Virus record (IMG/VR): IMGVR_UViG_3300028115_001816
Location: 13,864-77,863 of that record
Source: a virus
Length of the DNA: 64,000 bases
Strand: one strand, 5' to 3'
Position 1 is the first letter of the stretch, and every line of letters begins with the position of its first letter. The notes beneath the pieces are model-generated. The model was given only the letters and a program-made list of their open reading frames with translations. It searched no databases and was not told where the DNA came from. This document shows positions 20,754 through 30,643 of this stretch, one piece after another. The position numbers were made by a program, and so were the translations under genes.

Positions 20754-22208
20754 ATGGCTTATACAGTTAATAAAACCAATGGCACAATCCTTGCTACAGT
20801 AGCAGATGGTACAATTGATACAACAACTGATCTTACACTAATAGGTAAGAACTATGCAGGATACGGTGAATTTTTTAATGAAAATTTGGTAAAATTATTA
20901 GAAAATTTTGCAAATACTAGTGCACCTAGTAGTCCAATTGCTGGTCAAATGTGGTGGGATAGTACAAACAGTTTATTAAAAGTTTACACAGGTACTGCTT
21001 TTAAAACAGTAAGTAGTAGTACTTCAAGTGCAAGTACACCTACTACAAATGTTACTGGTGATTTATGGTGGGACACAACTAACGGACAGTTAAAGGTTTA
21101 CAACGGAACAAGTTTTACAACTATTGGCCCAAGTTTTACAAGTGGCACAGGAACTTCAGGTGCTATTGTTGAAACAGTAACTGACAGTGGTGCAACAGAT
21201 CACGTAGTAGTAAAAATATACACAAACAATACAGTGGTAGCAACAGTATCAAAAGATGCTACATTTACTCCGCAATCAGCTCTTTCAGGATTTGCAACAA
21301 TTAAACCAGGTGTTCAACTTTCAACTGCAGTTTCAAATGCAAAATTCCAAGGTACTGCAACAGATTCAGACCAACTAGGTGGTATTGCTGCAGCAAACTT
21401 TTTACGTAGTGATGCAAGTGATAGTACAAGTGGCGTACTTAGTGTACTTAATGATACAGGAATTGTTGTTGGTGTTGACAGTGACTTTACGGTAGGTGTT
21501 AGCGGAAGTGACATTAGTTTAAGTAATGCAACAAGTGATGGTGATATACTAATTAAAGTGAATGATGGCGGCGTTGTTTCAACTGCTATGACATTTGACG
21601 GTGCTACAAACCGTGTAAGTGTTGCAGGAGCACCAACCGATAGTTTACATATTGCAACAAAAGCATATGTTGATGCTACAGTATCAGGTGCAGGAGCACT
21701 AGCAACCACAGGTGGTACAATGACAGGTGATATACTTGTAAGTGGCACAGTAAACTTTGGTAGTAGCGGAAATAGAGTTAGTACAGTATTTGCAACAACA
21801 TTTAATGGAACTGCTACTGCAGCTGAATATGCTGACTTGGCAGAAAATTTTGTACCAGACAACAATTATGCACCAGGCACAGTAGTTGCACTAGGTGGTG
21901 TAGAAGAAATTACTGCAGTAAATGAAGAATTATCAGATAAAGTGTTTGGTGTTGTAAGTAGTCAACCAGCATATTTAATGAATAGTGCTCAACAAGGCGG
22001 TGCACCAGTTGCGGTAGCCGGAAGAGTGCCTGTAAGAGTTACAGGAAGAATAAATAAAGGTGATAGACTTGTTAGTGCTGGTAACGGACTTGCAAGAGCA
22101 GCAAATACAGAAGAATCAATAAATGCTTTTAATGTAATTGGTAGAGCAATTCAAACTAAAAATACACTAGAAGAAGGCACAGTGGAAGCCTTTGTTACCA
22201 TTAATTAA
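20754..22208 (+). CDS. Short tail fibre / baseplate structural protein (484 aa)
   Basis: LTLIGKNYAGYGE...LLENFA N-terminus; duplicated GxxWWD..N..LKVY.GT; C-terminal YADLAE domain shared with the 935-aa fibre. Confidence 0.7.
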   Translation: MAYTVNKTNGTILATVADGTIDTTTDLTLIGKNYAGYGEFFNENLVKLLENFANTSAPSSPIAGQMWWDSTNSLLKVYTGTAFKTVSSSTSSASTPTTNVTGDLWWDTTNGQLKVYNGTSFTTIGPSFTSGTGTSGAIVETVTDSGATDHVVVKIYTNNTVVATVSKDATFTPQSALSGFATIKPGVQLSTAVSNAKFQGTATDSDQLGGIAAANFLRSDASDSTSGVLSVLNDTGIVVGVDSDFTVGVSGSDISLSNATSDGDILIKVNDGGVVSTAMTFDGATNRVSVAGAPTDSLHIATKAYVDATVSGAGALATTGGTMTGDILVSGTVNFGSSGNRVSTVFATTFNGTATAAEYADLAENFVPDNNYAPGTVVALGGVEEITAVNEELSDKVFGVVSSQPAYLMNSAQQGGAPVAVAGRVPVRVTGRINKGDRLVSAGNGLARAANTEESINAFNVIGRAIQTKNTLEEGTVEAFVTIN

Positions 22209-22221
22209 CGGAGAAATTTAA

Positions 22222-23121
22222 ATGGCTTACACCTCAGGTGATACAATACTAGACAATCATTATAATGATTTTGCAACTTCAGTAAATGCAATATGGGGTT
22301 CAGGATCAGGCGATAAAGGATATGGACAAACTAATACAGTAAGTAGTGTTAGTGCAGGTACAACTGTAACAGCTTCGCAATGGACAACATTACTAGCAAG
22401 AATTACTAGTGCTGCAAACCATCAAAGCTCAAGTATTACTAGTATTAGTAATCCTAGTGCAGGTGATACAATTAGTGCATATGCTGCTTTATCAGGAAAT
22501 ATTAGTACAATTACAACTAACAGATTAAATGTACATGCAAGAGATTCAATTTCAGAATCAAGTTGTAGTACAACAACTACACTTACTGGTACAATTGAAC
22601 AACGTGGTACATGGGCTTGGGGAAGTGAAGCACAAGCAAGATACTTTTTTAATGCTGGCGGAAGACTACGTGTACGTTGGGATTTAACTGGACACACTAG
22701 TGACAGTAAAGCAAATGAATGGAATAACTTAGCAGCAGCTTGTGGTAACTTTTATATCTATGCACAAAGTTCAGGTAAGTCAGGTGGTAGTGGAAGTGCT
22801 AGTACAAATAATGGAAATGCAGGTTGGCACGATATGACAGGTTCTTATGTAACTTATTTTCAACAATATGAAGATACAGGACCATACACTGCAAGTAACA
22901 TTCAACTAGAATATTATAAAACAGGCGGTAGTGTACTATTTAGAAGTAAATGGAACGATGCCGCTGCAGACCAAACTAGTTATAACAAAAACATTTATAA
23001 CGTACTAGACCAAGTTGATGGCACAAAACTCACCTATTTTGGACACGAAGAGCCAACAACAACTTACATTTCAGATACATGGGGCAATGGTCCTTCACAA
23101 ACTGTTAACGCTAACGGTTAA
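22222..23121 (+). CDS. Putative virion structural protein (299 aa)
   Basis: S/T/G-rich; MAYTSGD start; ARYFFNAGG motif; last gene of the tail block. Confidence 0.55.
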   Translation: MAYTSGDTILDNHYNDFATSVNAIWGSGSGDKGYGQTNTVSSVSAGTTVTASQWTTLLARITSAANHQSSSITSISNPSAGDTISAYAALSGNISTITTNRLNVHARDSISESSCSTTTTLTGTIEQRGTWAWGSEAQARYFFNAGGRLRVRWDLTGHTSDSKANEWNNLAAACGNFYIYAQSSGKSGGSGSASTNNGNAGWHDMTGSYVTYFQQYEDTGPYTASNIQLEYYKTGGSVLFRSKWNDAAADQTSYNKNIYNVLDQVDGTKLTYFGHEEPTTTYISDTWGNGPSQTVNANG

Positions 23122-23143
23122 TTGTAAAACAAAATTTTTATAC

Positions 23144-23172
23144 TTGACAGGCGCTACGGCGCCTGTTATAAT
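23144..23172 (+). promoter_or_regulatory. Consensus sigma70 promoter TTGACA-N17-TATAAT
   Basis: TTGACA 23144-23149, TATAAT 23167-23172, exact 17-bp spacer. Confidence 0.85.
23147..23166 (+). terminator. Stable hairpin ACAGGCGC-TACG-GCGCCTGT, possible terminator or RNA 3' stabiliser of the tail transcript
   Basis: Perfect 8-bp stem with a cUACGg tetraloop just after the last structural gene; weak U-tract. Confidence 0.55.
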
Positions 23173-23178
23173 ATCAGC

Positions 23179-23523
23179 ATGACAAATCAAGAAGAATATG
23201 CTCGTGAAAGATTCGAGCTCAATAGACAAAAACAAACACTAAAAGAACAACAACAACAAAGATTGACTGTGCCTTATAATGGAGGACTGTTCAAAGTTGA
23301 TATGACACTGCTAAACTATTTGTACATGAAGTGTGCAAATGCAGGATTATTTCAATCCAGCAGAGAGGATATACTAACTGACAGTTACGATACACCTATA
23401 AAAATAGATGTGCAAGAATTATTAGTACTAGCAGACCAACGTTGGAAAGAAGTTCATAATGATTGGTACAATCAATACCAAGAACTTAAAACAAAACGCA
23501 AAGCAGGTGACGTTGAAGTCTAA
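23179..23523 (+). CDS. Hypothetical protein (114 aa), probably leaderless
   Basis: ATG begins 6 nt after TATAAT; no RBS. Confidence 0.7.
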   Translation: MTNQEEYARERFELNRQKQTLKEQQQQRLTVPYNGGLFKVDMTLLNYLYMKCANAGLFQSSREDILTDSYDTPIKIDVQELLVLADQRWKEVHNDWYNQYQELKTKRKAGDVEV

Positions 23524-24292
23524 AGGTGTACTGTTATTATACAGTGAGAATAGTAAGTTAGATTATGAACGTCTGGCTGAACTTGCAGCACGACTAGCAG
23601 AGCATTATTTAGGTGTTCCTAGTACTATTGTAAAACTAGATGTTGTCCAAGAAAATATTCGTACATTTAGATATGAAGATGGCGTTGAAACTATAGCATG
23701 GAATAACATAGGACGTTATGATGCTTTTAATTTAAGTCCATATGATGAAACCATTCTTATTGATACCGACTATTTCATTCAAAATGATAACCTAGCAAAC
23801 TATTTTGAAACCGATCAAGACTTTTTATGTCATAATAGTAGTTATGATGTAACAGGAAATGAGATATTTAGACACAACCGTTTTTTAGAAAGTGGTGGTA
23901 ATGGATTTGAAATGCGTTGGGCCACAGTAGTATATTTTAAGAAGAGCAAACATGCAAAACAGATCTTTGATACTTGGAGGACTGTTTACGAAAATTATGA
24001 ATATTATGGTAAATTGTTAGGATTTAGACGTACGCCTTTTCGAAATGATTTTGCATTAAGTATTGCTCACAATATTTGTAATGGATATGCAAATACAAAC
24101 ACATTTGTACACAACTTGCCTGCAATAAGCACAACAGACAGTGTAATAGACTATGGAAATAATAATTGGTTAATCAAATATAATATTAGAAATAGTAAAA
24201 ACATAATGCGTTATAAGGGTGATTTACATGTTATGAATAAAAAATGTATTTTACAAACTGACGTATACGATAAACTATGGAATAGTATATGA
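23513..24292 (+). CDS. GT-A (GT8-like) glycosyltransferase-like protein
   Basis: SPYDETILIDTDY DxD motif, WATVVYFKKS, RNDFALSIA; likely TTG start at 23513 after GCAGGTG (track start 23459). Confidence 0.6.
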   Translation: MKSKGVLLLYSENSKLDYERLAELAARLAEHYLGVPSTIVKLDVVQENIRTFRYEDGVETIAWNNIGRYDAFNLSPYDETILIDTDYFIQNDNLANYFETDQDFLCHNSSYDVTGNEIFRHNRFLESGGNGFEMRWATVVYFKKSKHAKQIFDTWRTVYENYEYYGKLLGFRRTPFRNDFALSIAHNICNGYANTNTFVHNLPAISTTDSVIDYGNNNWLIKYNIRNSKNIMRYKGDLHVMNKKCILQTDVYDKLWNSI

Positions 24293-25107
24293 GAGAAAAG
24301 AAATACAACCAAGGATATTTAACTTTTGCTCAAGGCAAACAATATCTAAATTGTGCCTACTTGCTTGCTCTTAGTGTTAAAACTTATTGTAAAATTAATA
24401 AGTTTGCAGTTGTTGTAGACGAAAATACTCCTGTGCCAGAACATATGACTAGAGTTTTTGATGAAGTTATTACAATACCTACTATGGAACCTTTTGCAAA
24501 TGAGTGCCTAGCATGGGAACTTACACCATTTAAAGAAACATTTAAGGTTGAGAGTGATATGCTTATTACAAGTAGTATAGATCACTGGTGGTCAGGGGTT
24601 AGACTCAAAAATATTTGTTTTACTACACAAGTTTGTAACTATAGAGGTGAGTTTGCAGATGATAGTAACTATAGAAAAATGTGGCAAGAAAACAATATGC
24701 TCAATGTTTATAATGGCTTTATGTATTTTAGGCATTGTGTAGAAACAAAGAAGTTTTTTGACGATTGCAAAACTGTATTAAATACATTTAATATATACAA
24801 ATCGAGTATTTTGAAAAATTGCAGACACGAGTACGCAGATACAGATGTGTTTATGAGCATAGTTGCTACTGAAACTGGTAGCGAAGATTTTTATGTGCCG
24901 ACACTAGACTATCCGACATTCACACATATGAAACGTTATATAAATCGATTTGGTACAGATGATTGGCGTGATGCGTGTAGTTGGGCATTAACAGATGATA
25001 AAATATTTTTAGTAAATGGATATGCCCAAACACGCCCTTTCCATTATTATCACAAAGACTTTTGCACAGAGGAGTTAACCAAAAGATATGAGCAGTTCGT
25101 TCTTTGA
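24289..25107 (+). CDS. GT8-like glycosyltransferase-like protein, paralog of the upstream gene
   Basis: YLLALSVK...TPFKETFKVESDM...VYNGFMYF...PFHYYHK. Confidence 0.55.
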   Translation: MREKKYNQGYLTFAQGKQYLNCAYLLALSVKTYCKINKFAVVVDENTPVPEHMTRVFDEVITIPTMEPFANECLAWELTPFKETFKVESDMLITSSIDHWWSGVRLKNICFTTQVCNYRGEFADDSNYRKMWQENNMLNVYNGFMYFRHCVETKKFFDDCKTVLNTFNIYKSSILKNCRHEYADTDVFMSIVATETGSEDFYVPTLDYPTFTHMKRYINRFGTDDWRDACSWALTDDKIFLVNGYAQTRPFHYYHKDFCTEELTKRYEQFVL

Positions 25108-25372
25108 AGCACAACATGTATTCGAGTCTGCACCACCTCCAGAAATACGTTTGTATTATAATCAAGAAGGTGTTATACTTGATAAAAAATATGTAAAAAA
25201 GGATTTATCCGAAAACAAAACTTACATTGTAATTACACAAGAACAGTATGATGCAATCAATTTTGAAAGACATCGTGTAATAGATAAAGAATTAGTTTGG
25301 ATAACGCCTAAAAAAACAAACTGGTTTTTAAAACAGGAAGAATTAGCAAGGAATCCTTATGTCAAAGATTGA
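25088..25372 (+). CDS. Hypothetical protein (94 aa)
   Basis: Overlaps both neighbours in the operon. Confidence 0.6.
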   Translation: MSSSFFEAQHVFESAPPPEIRLYYNQEGVILDKKYVKKDLSENKTYIVITQEQYDAINFERHRVIDKELVWITPKKTNWFLKQEELARNPYVKD

Positions 25373-26270
25373 TGTAGCAGATTTAGATTGTATATATCTA
25401 AGTTATGATGAACCTAAAAAAGAAGAGTTCTGGGCTAAGATACAAAACATGGTACCCTGGGCAAAACGTGTTGACGGCGTTAAAGGATCTGATGCTGCAC
25501 ACAAAGCAGCAGCCAGTGCTAGTGATACTGAGCGTTTTGTACTAATAGATGGCGACAATATGCCTTATCCAGAATTTTTCGATATAACTTTAGATATAAA
25601 ACCTGAACATGAAGACTGTGTATTTCGTTGGAAAGCAGTGAACGCAGTCAACGGACTTATGTATGGTAACGGAGGTATAAGTTGTTGGACACGTGAGTTT
25701 GTAAACAACATGCAGACACATGAAAATAGCAATGGAGCAGATGAAAACGAAGTAGAGTTTTGTTATGATCCAAAATATTTGGCTATGAATAATGTTTATA
25801 GCACCACGCATCCTAATGGTGATGAGTTCCACGCATGGAGAGCAGGATTTAGAGAAGGTGTAAAGATGTGTTTGAAGAAAGGCACAAAGCCTAGTCTGTT
25901 AGAATTTAACGAAATGGTTCATCGCAGTAACTTTGATAGACTAAGCATATGGCACAACATAGGTGCTGACGCAGAATATGGTGATAGTTGTATAGCAGGT
26001 GCTAGATATGGTACTTACAGGACAATGCTTACTGAATGGGATTACACAGAAGTACAAGACTTTTACCATTTAGGCGAAATATACAGTGAATGGAAGACTG
26101 TTGATCAAACAAACATAAACAAGTTATTACAAACACGTTTAGGATTACACATAAGTGAGTTTACAAGTGAACAGAGTAAATTTTTTAAAAAACACTACTA
26201 CAATACCTATACAAAATCAGATCCTATGACATTAGAAATAGATATGCTAAGAAAGTCTGAAGGATGGTAA
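25359..26270 (+). CDS. GT-A fold glycosyltransferase-like protein (SYDE family)
   Basis: YLSYDEP...RVDGVKGSDAAHKAAA...FVLIDGDN (DxD); AWRAGFREGVK; paralog of the C-terminal half of 44405-45646. Confidence 0.6.
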   Translation: MSKIDVADLDCIYLSYDEPKKEEFWAKIQNMVPWAKRVDGVKGSDAAHKAAASASDTERFVLIDGDNMPYPEFFDITLDIKPEHEDCVFRWKAVNAVNGLMYGNGGISCWTREFVNNMQTHENSNGADENEVEFCYDPKYLAMNNVYSTTHPNGDEFHAWRAGFREGVKMCLKKGTKPSLLEFNEMVHRSNFDRLSIWHNIGADAEYGDSCIAGARYGTYRTMLTEWDYTEVQDFYHLGEIYSEWKTVDQTNINKLLQTRLGLHISEFTSEQSKFFKKHYYNTYTKSDPMTLEIDMLRKSEGW

Positions 26271-27238
26271 CAATAGATATTACGCCTTACTGTGGAGCAT
26301 CTAGGAATTGGAATACTGAAATATTAGCCTGTAAGATTGCTCAAAACTCTAATGAAAAAATTATATTAGACCTCAAACATGAGGGTTGGGATATAGTTGA
26401 AAATGGTATAGAACAAAAGGTAAAGATTATTTGTGATGAATTAAAAATACCTTACACACAAATAGAATTTAGAAGTAGTGATAGACTATGCAAAGCAAAA
26501 ACATTCAAACATAAAAATACTATCGAACTTTTAAACTTTTTTGCAAGACTTTTTCAACAAGATATTCAAATAGTTTTGCCTAATAAGTTTCAATATGGAT
26601 TATTCTGTGGTCGTGCAAGCAATGAAAGGTTATATGCCTTTTATCATCACAAAAATTGGAAGTATTCGAATAAAGGCAAAGCAAGTATGCATTTAGATGT
26701 TAATGATGTGCCGGAAGTTACTAGTGATTATGCAGAATTTATCATTGAGTATAACAAAAAATGGAAAGAACTATGTAAAATACTACCATATAGCGATGTA
26801 TCTCATTACATGAAACCTCCATTGCGTAGACAATCTGAAGACAAAAATCTATGGAATAACATTTATAAAGACATAGCAATAGAAATTGTTTGTGAAACAA
26901 ATACAACTCCAGATACTTTTTTCATGACTGAAAAAATTATACGTCCTATTGCATATGGAAAACTTTTTTTAGTAATAGGCAGTCCTAACTTTGAATTAAA
27001 TTTAAAACATATTGGCTTTGACATTTTTGATGATATTATTGACAAAAATTATGATAAAGAAAGTAGTTACATGAGAGTAGATAATGTTTTTCAAAGTTTA
27101 GAAAAGTTTTTAAGTAATCCAATAGATATAGAAGCATTACTGCCACGACTAGAAGCAAACAAAAAAGTTTTAAATAAATTACCAGTGACAATGGCTGGAA
27201 ACAAGATAGCAAAACTATTAGGACTTGATAATGAGTGA
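26264..27238 (+). CDS. Glycosyltransferase-like protein (TEK family, GT10/GT-B-like C-terminus)
   Basis: IEIVCET...FMTEKIIRPI...F...G...L...GF..FDDIID..YD shared with 30633 and 31615. Confidence 0.45.
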   Translation: MVTIDITPYCGASRNWNTEILACKIAQNSNEKIILDLKHEGWDIVENGIEQKVKIICDELKIPYTQIEFRSSDRLCKAKTFKHKNTIELLNFFARLFQQDIQIVLPNKFQYGLFCGRASNERLYAFYHHKNWKYSNKGKASMHLDVNDVPEVTSDYAEFIIEYNKKWKELCKILPYSDVSHYMKPPLRRQSEDKNLWNNIYKDIAIEIVCETNTTPDTFFMTEKIIRPIAYGKLFLVIGSPNFELNLKHIGFDIFDDIIDKNYDKESSYMRVDNVFQSLEKFLSNPIDIEALLPRLEANKKVLNKLPVTMAGNKIAKLLGLDNE

Positions 27239-28589
27239 TTACTATCAAGATGCACTTGTTGCAAAAGATAAATTAGCAAATATAAGTGATAGTTTCTGTT
27301 TGGCTAAATGGAAACAAGTAAGTCTGCATCTTACTACTGGACATACTAATAGTTGTTATCATCCTCCTTTACATAAAATTCCAATTGCACCACTCTGGGA
27401 TAATCCTAGTGCATTACATAATACAGAACACAAAAAACAAAGTCGCCGTGAAATGATGCAAGGCGTAAAATGTACAGATTGTAATTATTGTTGGAATATA
27501 GAAGCACAAGGTAACATAAGTGATAGGCATTATCGTAGTGGTGAGCCTTGGGCAATGGATAGTTTTGATGAAATAGTTGCTAATCCAGATGCAGATATAA
27601 ATCCTAGTTATGTAGAAGTTAATTTTAATAATGTTTGTAATCTTGCATGTAGTTATTGTTCACCACAATTTAGTAGTACATGGACAAAAGAAACTAATTC
27701 ACTAGGTGCATGGCCCACTACTACACCTCATAATGCTCCAGAACACTTTACAGGTGAACGCAGAGCAATACCTAACAGAGAAGAAAATCCATACAGAGAA
27801 GCATTTTGGCGTTGGTGGCCTGACCTATATAAAGATTTAAAACATTTTCGTATGACAGGAGGCGAACCTACTATGGATCCAAACACTTACCGTGTGTTTG
27901 ACTATGTGCTTGAGAATCCCAAAACAGATCTTCATCTAAATACTACAAGTAATTTTAGCGTTGAAGAAAAGATATGGCAAAAGTACAAGTCGTATGTTCA
28001 GCGACTATGTCAAGGTCAACAAATAGAGCATTTTATGCAATTTGTCAGTCTCGATACTTGGGGTTCTCAAGCAGAATACATTAGACATGGTTTAAACTTT
28101 GACCTTGCGATAAATAGATGTGAAGAGTTTGTTAGAGATGTACCATATAGAAGCAGTCTAACATTCATCATCACAATGAACAACCTTAGTATTCTTTCAT
28201 TAAAAAAACTTTTAGAGTATATAGTATACTTGCGTAAAACATATACAGATACGTATCAACGTATTTGGTTCGATACACCGCTTTTGTATACACCAGAATG
28301 GCAAAGTTTACAAATACTTCCTAAAGAATTTAGTATTTTAATGGATGATATAGTGAAGTATATGGAAGATAACTTAGATGAAATGCATGGATTTAAAGAT
28401 TACGAAGTTCTTAAGATGAAGAGAGATAGAGATTGGATGTTAGCAGGTACAGAAAATGTAGAACGTAAAAGAGGTGACTTTTTTAAGTTTTTTAGCGAAC
28501 ATGATCGTCGCAGAGGAACAAACTTTTTAGAAACATTTCCTGAGATGGCAACTTTTTGGCAACAGTGCGAGTATTGGAGTAGTAAATGA
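27225..28589 (+). CDS. Radical SAM protein with N-terminal Twitch/SPASM-like domain
   Basis: CNLACSYC and TGGEP; N-terminal FCLAKW...SCYHP...CNYCW. Confidence 0.9.
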   Translation: MIMSDYYQDALVAKDKLANISDSFCLAKWKQVSLHLTTGHTNSCYHPPLHKIPIAPLWDNPSALHNTEHKKQSRREMMQGVKCTDCNYCWNIEAQGNISDRHYRSGEPWAMDSFDEIVANPDADINPSYVEVNFNNVCNLACSYCSPQFSSTWTKETNSLGAWPTTTPHNAPEHFTGERRAIPNREENPYREAFWRWWPDLYKDLKHFRMTGGEPTMDPNTYRVFDYVLENPKTDLHLNTTSNFSVEEKIWQKYKSYVQRLCQGQQIEHFMQFVSLDTWGSQAEYIRHGLNFDLAINRCEEFVRDVPYRSSLTFIITMNNLSILSLKKLLEYIVYLRKTYTDTYQRIWFDTPLLYTPEWQSLQILPKEFSILMDDIVKYMEDNLDEMHGFKDYEVLKMKRDRDWMLAGTENVERKRGDFFKFFSEHDRRRGTNFLETFPEMATFWQQCEYWSSK

Positions 28590-28963
28590 ATAGAATAAAA
28601 AAACTTAATCCTTCTATAAATCCTATTACGTTTAAGGACGGAAGAGGCATTATACAGACTTACCTGCCAGAAACAGATACAATAAAAGAATGGAACTATA
28701 TTGTTACACTTAAAGGTGCTGTAAGAGGACATCATTATCATAAAGAATTTGATGAATATATTATGTTTGTTGATGGTGAGGGTGTATACACTGAACTAAC
28801 AGATGGCAAAGAGCTAGTAACTCCAGTAGCATCTGGTGATTGTGTATACTTACCCATGCATGTACCACATACATTCTATCCTACTGCTGACTGCAAAATG
28901 ATTGCACTGATTACTAAAAGATGGGATAAATGCCAAGAACCTATAACAAAGGTACAGATATGA
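28586..28963 (+). CDS. Cupin, FdtA/WxcM-like sugar isomerase or epimerase
   Basis: VRGHHYH...E...PHTF cupin motif; adjacent to NDP-sugar SDRs. Confidence 0.65.
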   Translation: MNRIKKLNPSINPITFKDGRGIIQTYLPETDTIKEWNYIVTLKGAVRGHHYHKEFDEYIMFVDGEGVYTELTDGKELVTPVASGDCVYLPMHVPHTFYPTADCKMIALITKRWDKCQEPITKVQI

Positions 28964-29856
28964 AAATAATGATTACAGGTGCATTAGGTTATTTAGGCAC
29001 TCAACTTCTATCACAACTTGTTGATACTGATGTAGAAATAATAGCCATTGACAATAGCACTGAAGCAATATCAAGTCGATTAGGAAGTTTTTTATACAAC
29101 ACTAAATTTTCTTTTTACAATGTAAATGTAACCGATACACAGCGATTAAACGCATTGCCCAAAGTTGATTTAATTGTACATTTAGCCAGTGTGGTAGGAT
29201 ATATTAGTTGTAATATTACTCCTGGACTAGCACATGACACAAACGTAATAGGTACAGAAAATATTGCTAATTTAAATACTCCTGTTATATATCTAAGCAG
29301 TGGAAGTATATACGGTGAAATCGGAGACGTGTGCAATGAGGAAACACAAATTAATCCTAAAAGTCTATATGCCGAACATAAAGTTCTCGGCGAGAAGGCG
29401 GTAAGTCGCGTTTCCAATGTTATACTTAGACCTGCGACATTGTTTGGCTGTAGTTATAAGATCAGAGACGACTTACTGGTACACACACTGATACAAGACG
29501 CAGTTAGAACTAACTATATAGATTTATATCAGCCTTATGCTCGTAGAAGTTTTTATAGCGTCCGTAAAATGGCTAGTCTTTTAAAATATATATGTGAAAA
29601 TTACAGTAAATTTGAAGGTGAAGTAGTGAACGTAGGATGTGAAACCGGAAACCTTACTAAAAGACAGTTATGTGAAATTATTTCAAAATATACTAACACG
29701 GATATTAGAATAGTGCTTGGCCAGGATTTGGATAGTAGAGATTATAACATTGATTATGGAAAACTTAAATCTTTATGGTCAGAGTATGATGAAAATTTTG
29801 AATTACATATACCCAAATTGGTGAGATATTATGAAAATATTAGTAACAGGAAGTAG
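28960..29856 (+). CDS. NAD-dependent epimerase/dehydratase (extended SDR)
   Basis: ITGALGYLG, HLAS, SSGSIYG, YAEHK (YxxxK); start at ATG 28960 overlapping the cupin stop. Confidence 0.9.
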   Translation: MKIMITGALGYLGTQLLSQLVDTDVEIIAIDNSTEAISSRLGSFLYNTKFSFYNVNVTDTQRLNALPKVDLIVHLASVVGYISCNITPGLAHDTNVIGTENIANLNTPVIYLSSGSIYGEIGDVCNEETQINPKSLYAEHKVLGEKAVSRVSNVILRPATLFGCSYKIRDDLLVHTLIQDAVRTNYIDLYQPYARRSFYSVRKMASLLKYICENYSKFEGEVVNVGCETGNLTKRQLCEIISKYTNTDIRIVLGQDLDSRDYNIDYGKLKSLWSEYDENFELHIPKLVRYYENISNRK

Positions 29857-30643
29857 GGGTTTCTTCGGACAAAATTGTGTAAAGTATTTTACACAGCGTG
29901 GGCATAGTGTTACTGCTTGGACAGAAGATGTTAGAATAAGTATGCCTGATGAAAACTATGACGTTTTGATGCCATTTGCTTGTAAGATAGGCGGTCGTAA
30001 AGGTATGGATAACAAGGCCTTGATGATAGCGGGAAATGTTGAAATAGACAGATGCCAATTTTTGTGGGCAGAAAAGCACTGTGGCAGGATAGTATATCCA
30101 GGCAGTAGTAGTGCTTATCCACGTGAAGATTCAATATTCTTAGAGCATAGGGTAGGAAGCGACATTCCGTCGGACGATATATATGGACTTTACAATTATT
30201 TTAGTGAACGAATGCTTGCCCATTGTAGCATTCCTTCTAGCATTGTTAGACCAGTTAATGTATACGGACCTGGACAAAGTTTACACTATCCAATGCCTAG
30301 TATTATTGAACGTACAAAACGTGGAGAATGCAGTGTATGGGGTAGCGGAAAACAAGCACGAGATTGGATACACATTGATGATGTAATGCGTATATTTGAA
30401 TACTGTGCTACTAGCAATGAAAATATTATAGTTAACGCCGGTTGTGGGACGGCAATAACTTTTATAGAACTTGCTGAAACTGTGTATCGTATTATACACG
30501 GGCATACTATACCAGTAATAACAGATCCTTCTCAACCCGAAGGCCCATTATATAGGCAAGCAGATATCACACGATTAGAAAGTTTTGGATTGCTTCCCCT
30601 TATTAGTTTACAAGAAGGTATTAAGGGAATGATTGATGCTTGA
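29831..30643 (+). CDS. NAD-dependent epimerase/dehydratase (extended SDR), atypical catalytic motif
   Basis: VTGSRGFFG, SSSAY, RPVNVYGPG, RDWIHIDD; YxxxK reads YGLYN. Confidence 0.85.
   Translation: MKILVTGSRGFFGQNCVKYFTQRGHSVTAWTEDVRISMPDENYDVLMPFACKIGGRKGMDNKALMIAGNVEIDRCQFLWAEKHCGRIVYPGSSSAYPREDSIFLEHRVGSDIPSDDIYGLYNYFSERMLAHCSIPSSIVRPVNVYGPGQSLHYPMPSIIERTKRGECSVWGSGKQARDWIHIDDVMRIFEYCATSNENIIVNAGCGTAITFIELAETVYRIIHGHTIPVITDPSQPEGPLYRQADITRLESFGLLPLISLQEGIKGMIDA

Noticed and set aside
19650-22208. Similar 3' ends of the two fibre genes as a DGR template/variable repeat pair
   Set aside because: Similarity is mainly at protein level, differences are not adenine-specific, both copies are coding, and there is no reverse transcriptase in the window
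1-23121. Bacterial contractile injection system (eCIS/T6SS) instead of a phage
   Set aside because: T4-like gp25/gp6, late-promoter motifs, T4 RNase H, thyX and many phage-type small ORFs indicate a lytic phage genome
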